From NCBI GenBank assembly GCA_021737275.1, contig JAIPEE010000002.1:115525-179524 (forward strand): a stretch of DNA of 64,000 nucleotides. Reading direction: 5' to 3'. How positions within the stretch are numbered: position 1 is the stretch's first letter; the number at the start of each line of letters is the position of its first letter. Of the stretch, positions 19,243 through 29,026 are shown piece by piece. Position numbers and translations under genes: made by a program. Below the pieces are notes generated by a model. The model ran no database searches. It was not told where the DNA came from and was given only the letters and a program-made list of their open reading frames with translations. Origin of the DNA: Desulfobacterales bacterium. GTDB lineage: Bacteria; Desulfobacterota; Desulfobacteria; Desulfobacterales; JAIPEE01.

Positions 19243-20392
19243 CGCATAACCCTTTGTCTATTGCCATTATGACGCCAATAAGCTGGGCAATGCCCTTGAA
19301 TATGGGTTCAATTTCCATTTTGGCGTTTTCAAGATAGTAATTTTCGCCATGAGTCAGACCGAGTGTAACGGCAGGAATGTTATGTGAAATAAATATCGAA
19401 AGTTCAGATTCGCTGGGTTTGCTGATGGGTGTAATGCCCAGTTTTCTGATAACCGCTGCAGAGCTTTTAACAAGGGGATGGTTAAATTCCAGTCTTGTGG
19501 CATTGAGGTTACTGATGGGTATCATCGATAGTTTGATCTCATACTCATGGCTGATGCCGTCGATAATGTCCTGAATATCACTATATACATTTTTGACCAT
19601 ATCATCACTGTCACTGCGTATTTCAAATCCGAGTGTACCGATATGGGCAATATGGCCGTAGTTGACACCGCCTGCAATTTTCCCGAGAACAATCTTGGTT
19701 TGAGGTGTCTGGGGCAGCCGCAGATTTAAAATTTTATTAATAACCTTATTCAAAATTAAAATAGCATTAGACATCGATGGATAGTGGTCCCCATGAGTAT
19801 CAGTGGTTTTACAATGAATTTCCGCACGGATCATACTGTCTGAAAAGTAGTTGAGGCGGCCGAGTTCACCACCTTCAATACAGACAGCACCGCGTATAGG
19901 TGTTGCCCAGTTCTCGACAAGATGGCGTGTTCCCCTGAGATTACCATGACCAATGGATTGGATAACGCCGGCCAGCACGATGTCAGACTCAAAGCGGAGA
20001 TCAAGCGTGCGAAAAATTTCGGGCAGGGTCGCGAGCACACCGACACTTAAGGAATTATCCAGTATCCCAGGGCCGGTGATGACTTTTTTCTTTATGATAT
20101 AATTGTAATCAATATCCTTGTCAAAAAAAGTATCCAGGTGGGCTACAATAAATATGGGTGGCTTGTTTTTTCCGGTTCCCCTGATGATACCGATCGGGTT
20201 TCTGTAACCATCGGTGGTGCATTCATCAACCTGAAAGTCGGCCATCCGTTCCATCAGCAGGGCAGCGCGTTTTTTCTCTTTGAATGTTGGAGACGGGATC
20301 TCTCCCAGCAGAACCACATTGGTCAGAATGGTATCTTTTATCGACTTGATCGATTCAACAAAGCCCGGCAACCTTTCAAGGATCTCTTCCAT
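19235..20392 (-). CDS. M20/M25/M40-fold protein lacking several catalytic residues
   Basis: GEIPSPTFKE, VAHLDT, GPGILDN and an M20 dimerisation region; the GEE motif position reads QSI. Confidence 0.75.
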   Translation of the reverse strand: MEEILERLPGFVESIKSIKDTILTNVVLLGEIPSPTFKEKKRAALLMERMADFQVDECTTDGYRNPIGIIRGTGKNKPPIFIVAHLDTFFDKDIDYNYIIKKKVITGPGILDNSLSVGVLATLPEIFRTLDLRFESDIVLAGVIQSIGHGNLRGTRHLVENWATPIRGAVCIEGGELGRLNYFSDSMIRAEIHCKTTDTHGDHYPSMSNAILILNKVINKILNLRLPQTPQTKIVLGKIAGGVNYGHIAHIGTLGFEIRSDSDDMVKNVYSDIQDIIDGISHEYEIKLSMIPISNLNATRLEFNHPLVKSSAAVIRKLGITPISKPSESELSIFISHNIPAVTLGLTHGENYYLENAKMEIEPIFKGIAQLIGVIMAIDKGLCDV

Positions 20393-20586
20393 GCGATACT
20401 CCTTGAATGCAAAAATATATTAGAACTGATATTTCAGAAAACAATAAATCAGGAAAGAATTGTATTTATAAAGACTTTAAGAGCATTAACTTATTTATTA
20501 TATATATTATAATCAGGCGAACGGTCAAGTTATTATTTTTTATTGGAAAAATCGGTGGACAGTGTCGGAATTATGCACGGCACGGC

Positions 20587-20612
20587 AAAAAACCCCGCAG
20601 GGCGGGGTTTTT
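20587..20612 (-). terminator. Rho-independent terminator after cobA-hemD (possibly bidirectional)
   Basis: aaaaaccccgc-cct-gcggggtttttt on the minus strand. Confidence 0.8.
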
Positions 20613-20664
20613 AAAATACAGGAATCGGATTAATAAAAAATCGTTTATATTAAAGTATCTAAGT

Positions 20665-22191
20665 TCATTCCGATCGGTTTTCTGATCTAAAAAATTCACA
20701 AATGGCGTCACACAGGCCGGGAATGGTATATGTATCTGCTGTAATATCAACATTGAAACCCAGTTTTTCAGCAGTTTCAGTTGTGATGGGGCCTATACTG
20801 GCAATCTTTACACCGGCCATCAATGTATCAAAATTTTCAGACGGGATAAGTGCTTTGAAATTAGTAACCGTTGAGGAGCTTGTGAATGTAACCATCTCCA
20901 CAGCGCCTTCCTCAAGGCGGCTGACAATATCCACATCACCTTGAACAGGATTTGTACAATATGCCGTAACCTCATCAACTGTTGCACCCATTTTTTCCAG
21001 TTCAACCGGGAGTATTGGACGCGCTTCTTTTGCACGGGGAAGCAGCACCTTTTGACCTTTTATATTCTCTTTTTCAAAAGCAGATACAACAGATTCGGCC
21101 CTGAAGTTTTCAGGGACAATATCACTTTTAATTCCAAAATCAAGCAGCCGCTTTTCTGTTGCCGGACCGATTACCGCTGTTCGGATGGAATGAAGTGCCC
21201 GGACATCTTTGCCTGCATCAAAAAGTCTGTCAAAAAAGAAAGAGACGCCATTAACACTGGTAAAAACAAGCCAGTCATAGTCAGCGATATCCTTAATGGC
21301 ATTATCAAGGGGTGCCATGTCGTCAGGCGGAGAAACTTCTATGGTCGGGCACTCCATACAATCGGCACCCAGATCAGCAAGGCGGGATACAAAATCACTG
21401 GCCTGCTCCCGTGCGCGGGTAACAACGATTCGTTTGCCCATGAGCGGGCGCTTTTCAAACCACTTCATAGCGGGTCTGAGGGTAACCACATCTCCTACCA
21501 CGATAAGTGATGGGGGCTTTATTTTTGCTTTCTGCGCCACGTCAACAATATCTTCGAGAGTTCCGGTAACGGTTTTCTGCTGCGGGGTTGTACCCCACCG
21601 GACAAGTGCAACCGGTTTTTCAGCCGGCATACCATTGTCACGCAGTCTTTTAACTATGAGGGGGAGATTTTTTACACCCATGAAAAAAACAATGGTTCCG
21701 ATTTTAGAAATGGCGGCCCAGTCAATATTGGACTCCTGTTTTTCAGGATCTTCATGACCTGTAACAAAAGCCACGGTAGCTGTGAATTTTCTATGGGTAA
21801 GCGGAATGCCGGCATAAGCAGGCCCTGCAATAGCAGATGTAACACCGGGTACAATTTCGTAGGGAATGCCGGCCTTTATCAGAACTTCGGCCTCTTCACC
21901 GCCTCTGCCAAAAATAAAGGGGTCACCGCCTTTTAAGCGGGTGACAATATTACCCGCTTTGGCTTTTTCAACCAGAAGCGCATTAATACCTTCTTGGGGA
22001 AGTGTATGGTCGCCGCCTTTTTTGCCAACATAAATCATCTCCGCATCTTTGCGGGCATGTCTCAGGTGCGCAGTGACCGCGAGATAATCATAAACAATAA
22101 CATCAGCATTTTTGATGCACTGCTGTCCCTTTACCGTAATAAGGCCGGGATCACCCGGGCCTGCACCGACTAAATATACTTTTCCGTTCAT
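20665..22191 (-). CDS. cobA: Fused uroporphyrinogen-III C-methyltransferase / uroporphyrinogen-III synthase (CobA-HemD)
   Basis: LVGAGPGDPGL, RLKGGDPFIFGRGGEE; then VVTRAREQ, FTSVNGV, FTSSST, SIGPIT. Confidence 0.96.
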   Translation of the reverse strand: MNGKVYLVGAGPGDPGLITVKGQQCIKNADVIVYDYLAVTAHLRHARKDAEMIYVGKKGGDHTLPQEGINALLVEKAKAGNIVTRLKGGDPFIFGRGGEEAEVLIKAGIPYEIVPGVTSAIAGPAYAGIPLTHRKFTATVAFVTGHEDPEKQESNIDWAAISKIGTIVFFMGVKNLPLIVKRLRDNGMPAEKPVALVRWGTTPQQKTVTGTLEDIVDVAQKAKIKPPSLIVVGDVVTLRPAMKWFEKRPLMGKRIVVTRAREQASDFVSRLADLGADCMECPTIEVSPPDDMAPLDNAIKDIADYDWLVFTSVNGVSFFFDRLFDAGKDVRALHSIRTAVIGPATEKRLLDFGIKSDIVPENFRAESVVSAFEKENIKGQKVLLPRAKEARPILPVELEKMGATVDEVTAYCTNPVQGDVDIVSRLEEGAVEMVTFTSSSTVTNFKALIPSENFDTLMAGVKIASIGPITTETAEKLGFNVDITADTYTIPGLCDAICEFFRSENRSE

Positions 22192-23129
22192 AAGTTTTCT
22201 TGTGCGTTTTCTTTAAGGTTATCGAGAATTTTTCTTGCGCCCATTGAGAGCAGGATGTTTGCTAATTTAACGCCCATGGTTTCCGCATTTTCAGGAGATC
22301 CGGTAATCGTTTCACGAATCATATTGCTGCCGTCTACATTTGCGACAAGCCCGCAAAGGGAGAGTTCGTTATTATAGAGCTTCCCGTGGGCTGCAACCGG
22401 GACCTGGCAACTGCCTTCAAGTCTGTGTAAAAAAGCACGTTCGGCTGTTACCACTGTATGTGTTTCAGCGTGATCAAGTTTATCAACAATGGGGCCGACA
22501 ACCGTATCATTTTCCCTGGTTTCAATACAGAGTGCGCCCTGACCAACAGCCGGCAGCATAACTTTTTCATCTATATATTCGGTAATTTTATCTGTATAGT
22601 TCATCCGTCTTACGCCGGCAGCAGCCAGGATCGTGGCTGCCATGTCACCGGTTTTGACCTTATTGAGCCGTGTCTCAATATTACCGCGAAGTGTACGGAT
22701 TTCAAGATCAGGTCTTGCATGACGAAGCTGGGCGGCACGCCTCAAACTGCTGGTACCGATGATGGCGCCCTCCGGTAAATCGGAAAGTTTAAGGCCATTT
22801 TTTGAAATCAGCACATCATGGGGCATTTCCCGTTCCGGTACAGCGCCAATGCATAAGCCTTCAGGGATTTCAGCCGGCATATCTTTCATGCTGTGAACGG
22901 CAAGATCAATGCGGCCATCCAGCAGTGCCTCTTCAATCTCTTTTACAAAAAGGCCTTTTCCCCCGACTTTTGCAAGGGGCACATCAAGAATCTTGTCGCC
23001 TTTTGTTTTTATGATAATGATCTCAATAGTAATGGAGGGATTTTTCTCTTCCAGGGCAGATTTAACCCAATTTGCCTGCCACAGGGCAAGCTTGCTGCCG
23101 CGGGTTCCGATTTTAATCGTGGATGCCAT
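22188..23129 (-). CDS. hemC: Hydroxymethylbilane synthase
   Basis: IGTRGSKLALWQA, GKGLFVKE, AVHSMKD, GTSSLRR, PAVGQGAL. Start placed at 23129 because of TGATG coupling with the upstream gene. Confidence 0.97.
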   Translation of the reverse strand: MASTIKIGTRGSKLALWQANWVKSALEEKNPSITIEIIIIKTKGDKILDVPLAKVGGKGLFVKEIEEALLDGRIDLAVHSMKDMPAEIPEGLCIGAVPEREMPHDVLISKNGLKLSDLPEGAIIGTSSLRRAAQLRHARPDLEIRTLRGNIETRLNKVKTGDMAATILAAAGVRRMNYTDKITEYIDEKVMLPAVGQGALCIETRENDTVVGPIVDKLDHAETHTVVTAERAFLHRLEGSCQVPVAAHGKLYNNELSLCGLVANVDGSNMIRETITGSPENAETMGVKLANILLSMGARKILDNLKENAQENL

Positions 23130-23359
23130 CAGTTGCCGCATCCGGAACAGCTTGTTGCAGAACAGCCACTGCAGGAAGAAGCACCGGCACTGCTTGAAAC
23201 AGTTTCTCCACCGGAACCCTTGCTGAGAAAGCCACAGGTGGACATTAATCTTTTAACCTTTTTGCTTTTGCAAAATTCACACTCAGGTTTATCACTTCCC
23301 AAAACAAGATATTCAAAATCTTTACCGCAATCATTGCAGTGATATTCATATATCGGCAT
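23129..23359 (-). CDS. FmdB-family zinc ribbon protein
   Basis: MPIYEYHCNDCG...CEFC...KRLMS, Cys-rich tail CSGCSATSCSGCG. Confidence 0.9.
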   Translation of the reverse strand: MPIYEYHCNDCGKDFEYLVLGSDKPECEFCKSKKVKRLMSTCGFLSKGSGGETVSSSAGASSCSGCSATSCSGCGN

Positions 23360-23605
23360 ATTAAATCTCCTGAACTGTATAGCGAGCGAATATTAATTGG
23401 TTCAATTCACACAGAGAATATTCCCGGCAGCTTGCTGAGGGAATTTTTCAAAATAAATAACCGCCATTATGACGGTTTTTTAAAATAATCATCTGAGATT
23501 GAAAAATCAAGAAGTTAAAGTCAGTTAGTGTCAAAAAGCCTCTTTTTGTCTTGATTTCAATGAAAATTATATGTTTTTAAATTAACTTTAAATAAACTAA
23601 CAAAG

Positions 23606-24946
23606 TCAGGATGCCCTGGCTGTAAACTGACGCTCAGCCTGATCGATAAGATTACTGCAGTCACAACCCATTTCATCGGCCTTTTTTAAAGCTTCAAGCG
23701 CTTCCACAAGCAGGCCCTGGCTCAACAGGATTATACCAAGTCTTTGCCGGAAGAGAGCATTATCTGGCGAAATTTCAACACTTTGTTCACAAAATGTTTT
23801 TGCAATTTCAGAATTTTTACCCAGTTTATCATATAGATATCCCAGCGCAGAAAGTGAGAACGCATCATTGGGATTTGTCTTAACGGCTTTTTCATATACG
23901 GCGACGGCATCATCATCTCTTTCTAATGCAGCATAACAATCGCCCAGATATCTGTATGCAGTGCCCGGCACATCATTCATGGCAGATGCTTTTTCAAGAT
24001 AAGGAAGAGCCTGATTATGCTTATTATCTTCAAGGAAAAACCGGCCGAGTTGAAACGCAACCTCGAAAGTGTCGTCATCCAGATTGCCCGCCTTTAAAAA
24101 ATACTCAAGAGCCTTTTCCCTGTTTCCCAAAAGCATGTTGGCAAGGCCTGCATTAAAAGTGGCCATCACCTCGGTTTTATCAAGCCATATGGTACTTTCA
24201 AACTCTTCAAGGGCCTTTTCAAACTGCCCCATATCTCCATAACAGACACCCAGGCTGTTATGAACATTAACATTTGAGGGGTCAAGGCGAAGTGCCAGTT
24301 TGAACTCTTCAATGGCACCATCAAGATCCCCATGCTGATAAAAAGTATCTCCACTAATATTCAGGCTGACCGAATCAAATGCAACAGCACTATCTTCTCC
24401 GAAAAAAGCGGCATGATTAAGTGCCTTTATCGCATTATCAACTATCTGCGTTTTATTATAATTAATAGCCGGGAAAGCGGCAGCGCCGGCTGATATTGAT
24501 CCTGCCGTTTTATCAGAGATGTCCTGTCTGATTCGATCCACAGCCATAAGGCAGTCATTGTCATTTTTATCCGGGAAATAACAGCCTAGTATATCATGTG
24601 AGAGCTGACCCCATATGCCGCTGCACTCCTTACAAAAAATATCTATTGCCTGAGCGGTAACCATGAGAAAATCGTTTTCAGAAATATTGCTGTTAGCAGG
24701 CGGTTCATAATGATCAAGGCGAATGACAATTACACCGAATTTTTTGATATCAGTGAGCCCGGTTACAGCCCTTTCGATGAAGGACTTACCTGAAAGAATT
24801 TCAGGAAATACGGCTTTGATGCTCTCGGTGACTTGGGATTGTTGTGTTTCTGTTTGTTCTTCCGGTGTTAATGCATCCGTTTTGCTTAAAAGAAAATTAC
24901 CGGAAGATAACCTGCTATGAAACAGTTCCTGCTGTCTTTCTGTCAT
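23606..24946 (-). CDS. Degenerate GGDEF-like domain fused to TPR repeats
   Basis: N-terminal 'VIVIRLDH...GQLSHDILG...ISAGAAAFP...ALNHAAFFG' follows the GGDEF layout; TPRs (AIEEFKLALRLDP..VHNSLGVCY etc.); ATGA overlap with selA. Confidence 0.78.
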   Translation of the reverse strand: MTERQQELFHSRLSSGNFLLSKTDALTPEEQTETQQSQVTESIKAVFPEILSGKSFIERAVTGLTDIKKFGVIVIRLDHYEPPANSNISENDFLMVTAQAIDIFCKECSGIWGQLSHDILGCYFPDKNDNDCLMAVDRIRQDISDKTAGSISAGAAAFPAINYNKTQIVDNAIKALNHAAFFGEDSAVAFDSVSLNISGDTFYQHGDLDGAIEEFKLALRLDPSNVNVHNSLGVCYGDMGQFEKALEEFESTIWLDKTEVMATFNAGLANMLLGNREKALEYFLKAGNLDDDTFEVAFQLGRFFLEDNKHNQALPYLEKASAMNDVPGTAYRYLGDCYAALERDDDAVAVYEKAVKTNPNDAFSLSALGYLYDKLGKNSEIAKTFCEQSVEISPDNALFRQRLGIILLSQGLLVEALEALKKADEMGCDCSNLIDQAERQFTARAS

Positions 24947-26370
24947 GATCCTCCCTTTTGTAACATGTTCTCAAATGCTTTGACAATTACAGGTATATCA
25001 TCATCCTGAATCGTCCTGGGGTCCAGGATAAATTTATCTTCTTCAATTCGACCGATGATAGGCGGTGAGTTGGCACGCATTGTCTCTTCGATTTCATTGG
25101 TGCTGAATCCGGATATGCTGATAGCAATGCACTTGCTTGGCATTTCAAGAAGTGGAAACGAGCCGCCGCCGGTACGGGATGAGAGATTTAGAAGGGAAAG
25201 CTCAAGGCGGTTGTTACATTTTCTTGTAAGTGATCTTTTTAAGCGATTTGCCTGTTTTGAAATGTCATCAATGGATGCCGTTATCATCCGCAGTGTGGGT
25301 ATGGCGTTGACTGCTTTTTCCGGGTTTCTGTAAAGACGGAGCGTGGCTTCCAATGCAGCAAGCGTCAGTTTGTCTATACGAAGTGCCCGTGTCATGGGAT
25401 TTTGTCTGATCCGGGCAATAACAGTTCTATTACCAACTATTATTCCGGCCTGGGGGCCGCCAAGCAATTTATCCCCACTGAATGTAATAATATCCGCACC
25501 GGATGCAACCGACTCCTGAACGGTCGGCTCCTTATGAAGTCCATATTTTGAAAAATCTATAAGGGTGCCGCTGCCCAGATCTTCCATTACAGGAATATGA
25601 TGTCGGCTTCCCAGTGCAGCCAGTTCGCTGACGGATACTTCAGCTGTGAACCCGACAATGCTGTAGTTGCTGGTATGAACTTTCAGAAACAGTCCGGTCT
25701 CATCATCAATAACATTTTGATAGTCATGAATGTGTGTCCGGTTTGTAGTCCCTACCTCTTTTAAAATTGCACCGCTTTTAGTCATTATATCCGGCACCCT
25801 GAAAGAGCCGCCAATTTCAACCAGCTCTCCGCGGGAGACGATCACTTTTCTGCCTTTTGCCATTGTTTCAAGGCACAGCAGTACGGCACCGGCATTATTA
25901 TTGACCACCATGGCCGATTCGGCACCGGTAAGCTCACAAAGCAGACCTTCAACTGATTCATACCGTGAGCCGCGTTGTCCAATGGCCAGATTGAACTCGA
26001 GATTGGAATAACGGCCTGCAATTTGCGCAAGGTTATCAATTACCACTTCAGGCAGTATTGATCTTCCCAGGTTGGTATGGACAACAACACCGGTTGCATT
26101 AACAACAGGCAGCAGATTTGGCTGCATATCCATTATGGCGAGAGCCTTTATGGTCTTTAGCAGATTGCTGCCGGAAAGGTTATTTTCAGTAACGGTTGAG
26201 TCATTTTCCAGTATTCGGGATCTAAGCTCATCAATGACAGTATGAATAGCATTTAAAATAACGGATTTGGGCACATCGTTATAGAAAGTATCTGAATTGG
26301 CGCTTTCCAGAAGAGAACCCACACTGGGAAGCTTTTGAAGCAGTTTGTTATTTTTATCGGATTTATCCAT
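24943..26370 (-). CDS. selA: L-seryl-tRNA(Sec) selenium transferase
   Basis: VNATGVVVHTNLGRS, YSNLE, VNNNAGAV, SRGELVEIGGSFR, EDLGSG, FSGDKLLGGPQAG (PLP Lys). Confidence 0.97.
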   Translation of the reverse strand: MDKSDKNNKLLQKLPSVGSLLESANSDTFYNDVPKSVILNAIHTVIDELRSRILENDSTVTENNLSGSNLLKTIKALAIMDMQPNLLPVVNATGVVVHTNLGRSILPEVVIDNLAQIAGRYSNLEFNLAIGQRGSRYESVEGLLCELTGAESAMVVNNNAGAVLLCLETMAKGRKVIVSRGELVEIGGSFRVPDIMTKSGAILKEVGTTNRTHIHDYQNVIDDETGLFLKVHTSNYSIVGFTAEVSVSELAALGSRHHIPVMEDLGSGTLIDFSKYGLHKEPTVQESVASGADIITFSGDKLLGGPQAGIIVGNRTVIARIRQNPMTRALRIDKLTLAALEATLRLYRNPEKAVNAIPTLRMITASIDDISKQANRLKRSLTRKCNNRLELSLLNLSSRTGGGSFPLLEMPSKCIAISISGFSTNEIEETMRANSPPIIGRIEEDKFILDPRTIQDDDIPVIVKAFENMLQKGGS

Positions 26371-26382
26371 ATTGTCAGATGT

Positions 26383-27729
26383 TTACCCTGCCAGATCTGC
26401 TGAAGTATCAAAAACCCGGGAAGGGATTATTTCGATCACTTCAGAAAAATTTGATGTTGAAAGACCAAGCCATTCAAGGCTTGATGCCAGATAGCGTGTA
26501 TTAATAGCTTCAAGTTCAAGGCCGGAATGAAAATTTGCCATAATGAGATCCGCAAGGTAGACAATGTGTACGATATCATCATCCGGTGTGGTGCCTCCCG
26601 GATGATGGTGATGCTTGATTGTTTTTCTGATTGTGTCAGGAAGCATCCATTTGTCTGCAAGCTTACAACCGGCAATAACATGATTGGTATTAAGGACTTT
26701 TTTTTCAGCCAGCAAGACATCTTTCTCTTCGCGGATTTTTCTATAAAAGAGGGGATAGTCGATTGCAACATACTGGTCCAGAACCACTTTGCCGATGTCA
26801 TGTAAAAGGCCTGTCGTATAAGCAATTGGTGTCGGCACCCGGCCGGTATATTTTGCCAGAGTTTCTGAAACCTGTGCAGTCCCGACGGCGTGGTGATAAA
26901 GGCCGCCTTTGCACAGGGAATAGCCCTGACTGGATTGGTCAAGAAGATGCTTTACAGAGGCAGAGATAATCAGCTTTACCAGCATATCTCTTCCAAGCAG
27001 AACAATTGCTTCATCAAGGGATGCAATTTCATGCCGGGATGCAAATGCAGCAGAATTACAAAGTTTCAAGGTTTTTGCACTGATAACCTGATCTTTTCGG
27101 GCCTCTTCAGCAATACTCTGGATATCATAATTATCCTCATTTATTATACGAAGAATTTTGAGAGCAACCTGGGGAATGGGCTCAAGTGTTTCAATAAACG
27201 CATCAAGATTTGAAGGTGGCGGCAAACCTGATTCCAGCTTTTCAGAAAGCCTGTTTTGGCCGACCGGCTCATTGTTAAATTCCCAGCTTTGCATGTTCAG
27301 ACTGAAAGAACCCGTAAGAAATCCCCCGGTTTCAGAAGAGATGACGGTAATATTATTTTTTTGTAAAATTGATTTAACAGCTTCAACCGTTCGGCCACCA
27401 ATATCAAGCGCAAGGTCACGCTCGTCAATTGGCCCGACAAGTGCGCCACCCGCAAGAGCGGCCTGAAGCCTGTTCTTTGCTGCACCAGCTTCTAAAAGCG
27501 CATCAATAAAAAGTGGAAGGCCTGTGGTCGCGTATTTTTTCTGTTGGTAAGTATTGTCCGGAAAATTGGGTGAAGGAAGTAGAATGTGTATCAGGCCGCC
27601 TACATTCGCAGCAGGGTCAAAAATAGCCACACCCACACAGGTACCAAGGAAAGCCTGAAGTAACATCGGGCTTTTTTTGCCGACAAAATATGAACCGGAT
27701 GCTACATGATGTCTCTGAAGTTCTGCCAT
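26383..27729 (-). CDS. CheD-HDOD fusion protein
   Basis: LGTCVGV and HILLP (CheD Cys/His), IGGRTV, ETGG; then PIPQVALKIL, DQVISAKTLKLCNS, GLLHDIGKVVL, HHH. Confidence 0.88.
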   Translation of the reverse strand: MAELQRHHVASGSYFVGKKSPMLLQAFLGTCVGVAIFDPAANVGGLIHILLPSPNFPDNTYQQKKYATTGLPLFIDALLEAGAAKNRLQAALAGGALVGPIDERDLALDIGGRTVEAVKSILQKNNITVISSETGGFLTGSFSLNMQSWEFNNEPVGQNRLSEKLESGLPPPSNLDAFIETLEPIPQVALKILRIINEDNYDIQSIAEEARKDQVISAKTLKLCNSAAFASRHEIASLDEAIVLLGRDMLVKLIISASVKHLLDQSSQGYSLCKGGLYHHAVGTAQVSETLAKYTGRVPTPIAYTTGLLHDIGKVVLDQYVAIDYPLFYRKIREEKDVLLAEKKVLNTNHVIAGCKLADKWMLPDTIRKTIKHHHHPGGTTPDDDIVHIVYLADLIMANFHSGLELEAINTRYLASSLEWLGLSTSNFSEVIEIIPSRVFDTSADLAG

Positions 27730-27934
27730 CAGCCTCTTAATTTATACAATAGTTAAAATAACTCAACCATATTAGCACCATAATCCTTGCTATTTCAATA
27801 AGATTTTTGATAAAAAACAGGGGTATGGCGTTACAGGCTTTTCAATTGTACTGAAAATGCTTTGAGAATACGGCCTTTTAATGTCATGATTATTTATGGT
27901 TCCATTAAAAAAAAACTCACTTGGTGTAGGCACA

Positions 27935-28996
27935 ATGAGGCAATTCAACAATATTCTGGTTACCGGCGGTTGCGGATTTATCGGATCCAACTTTATCCGG
28001 TTTATTTTTGAGGATTCCGAATTTTCCGGGCGCATTATTAATGCAGATAAACTGACTTATGCGGGAAACCCTGAAAATATTGAAGATCTGGAAAATAAAT
28101 TTAATCATCGTTATTTTTTTTTCAGAGAAGATATCTGCAATAAAAAAACTATAGGCGACATCATAAAAAAGATGAAAATCGATGCCGTTTGCCATTTTGC
28201 AGCCGAATCTCATGTGGACCGGTCGATTGCTGAACCGGATGCATTTATAAAAACAAACATCAACGGTACCTTTAATCTCCTTGAACTGGCCCGCAAGCAC
28301 CGGGATCAGATTAAACTGTTTCATCATGTCAGTACGGACGAGGTTTACGGGTCTCTCGGAGAGACAGGGCTTTTTACAGAAACAACGCCATATTGTCCCA
28401 GCAGCCCTTATTCTGCATCAAAGGCAGCTTCAGATCATCTTGTACAGGCATATGCCGCGACTTACGGCTTGCCGGTTACGATATCAAACTGTTCAAATAA
28501 CTATGGACCATACCAGTTTCCTGAAAAGCTGATCCCGCTTATAATTCTTAATGCTTTAGGGGGAAAGTGCTTGCCGGTTTATGGGGACGGTAAAAACATA
28601 AGGGACTGGCTCTACGTAACGGATCATTGCTGTGCCGTGTGGGAAATCATGAAAGCCGGAAGAACCGGTGAGACCTATAATATCGGCGGGCGGTGTGAAA
28701 AAAAGAATATAGATGTGGTCAATACAATCTGTTCGATTCTGAATGATATCGATCCTGATGATAAGAATAATCCACATGAAAAGCTGATTGAATTCGTTAA
28801 GGATCGTCCCGGGCATGATCTTCGTTATGCCATCGATTTTAGTAAACTTGAAAATGAATTGGGGTGGACACCTGAAGAGACCTTTGAGACAGGGCTTGAA
28901 AAGACGATTAGGTGGTATGTGGATAATACGCGTTGGGTGGAGCGTGTTAAAAGTGGCGAGTATTTGAAGTGGGTTGAGATGCATTATGGGAAGTGA
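27935..28996 (+). CDS. rfbB: dTDP-glucose 4,6-dehydratase
   Basis: [54 protein letters not shown]. Start placed at the ATG at 27935. Confidence 0.96.
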   Translation: MRQFNNILVTGGCGFIGSNFIRFIFEDSEFSGRIINADKLTYAGNPENIEDLENKFNHRYFFFREDICNKKTIGDIIKKMKIDAVCHFAAESHVDRSIAEPDAFIKTNINGTFNLLELARKHRDQIKLFHHVSTDEVYGSLGETGLFTETTPYCPSSPYSASKAASDHLVQAYAATYGLPVTISNCSNNYGPYQFPEKLIPLIILNALGGKCLPVYGDGKNIRDWLYVTDHCCAVWEIMKAGRTGETYNIGGRCEKKNIDVVNTICSILNDIDPDDKNNPHEKLIEFVKDRPGHDLRYAIDFSKLENELGWTPEETFETGLEKTIRWYVDNTRWVERVKSGEYLKWVEMHYGK

Positions 28997-29026
28997 AATA
29001 TAAAAAATATAACAGGACAAATAAAA

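Noticed and set aside
23129-27729. Possible selenoprotein (UGA readthrough) near selA
   Set aside because: The TGA stops examined fall at natural protein ends or overlap the next start codon; I saw no SECIS-like case and no selC or selB
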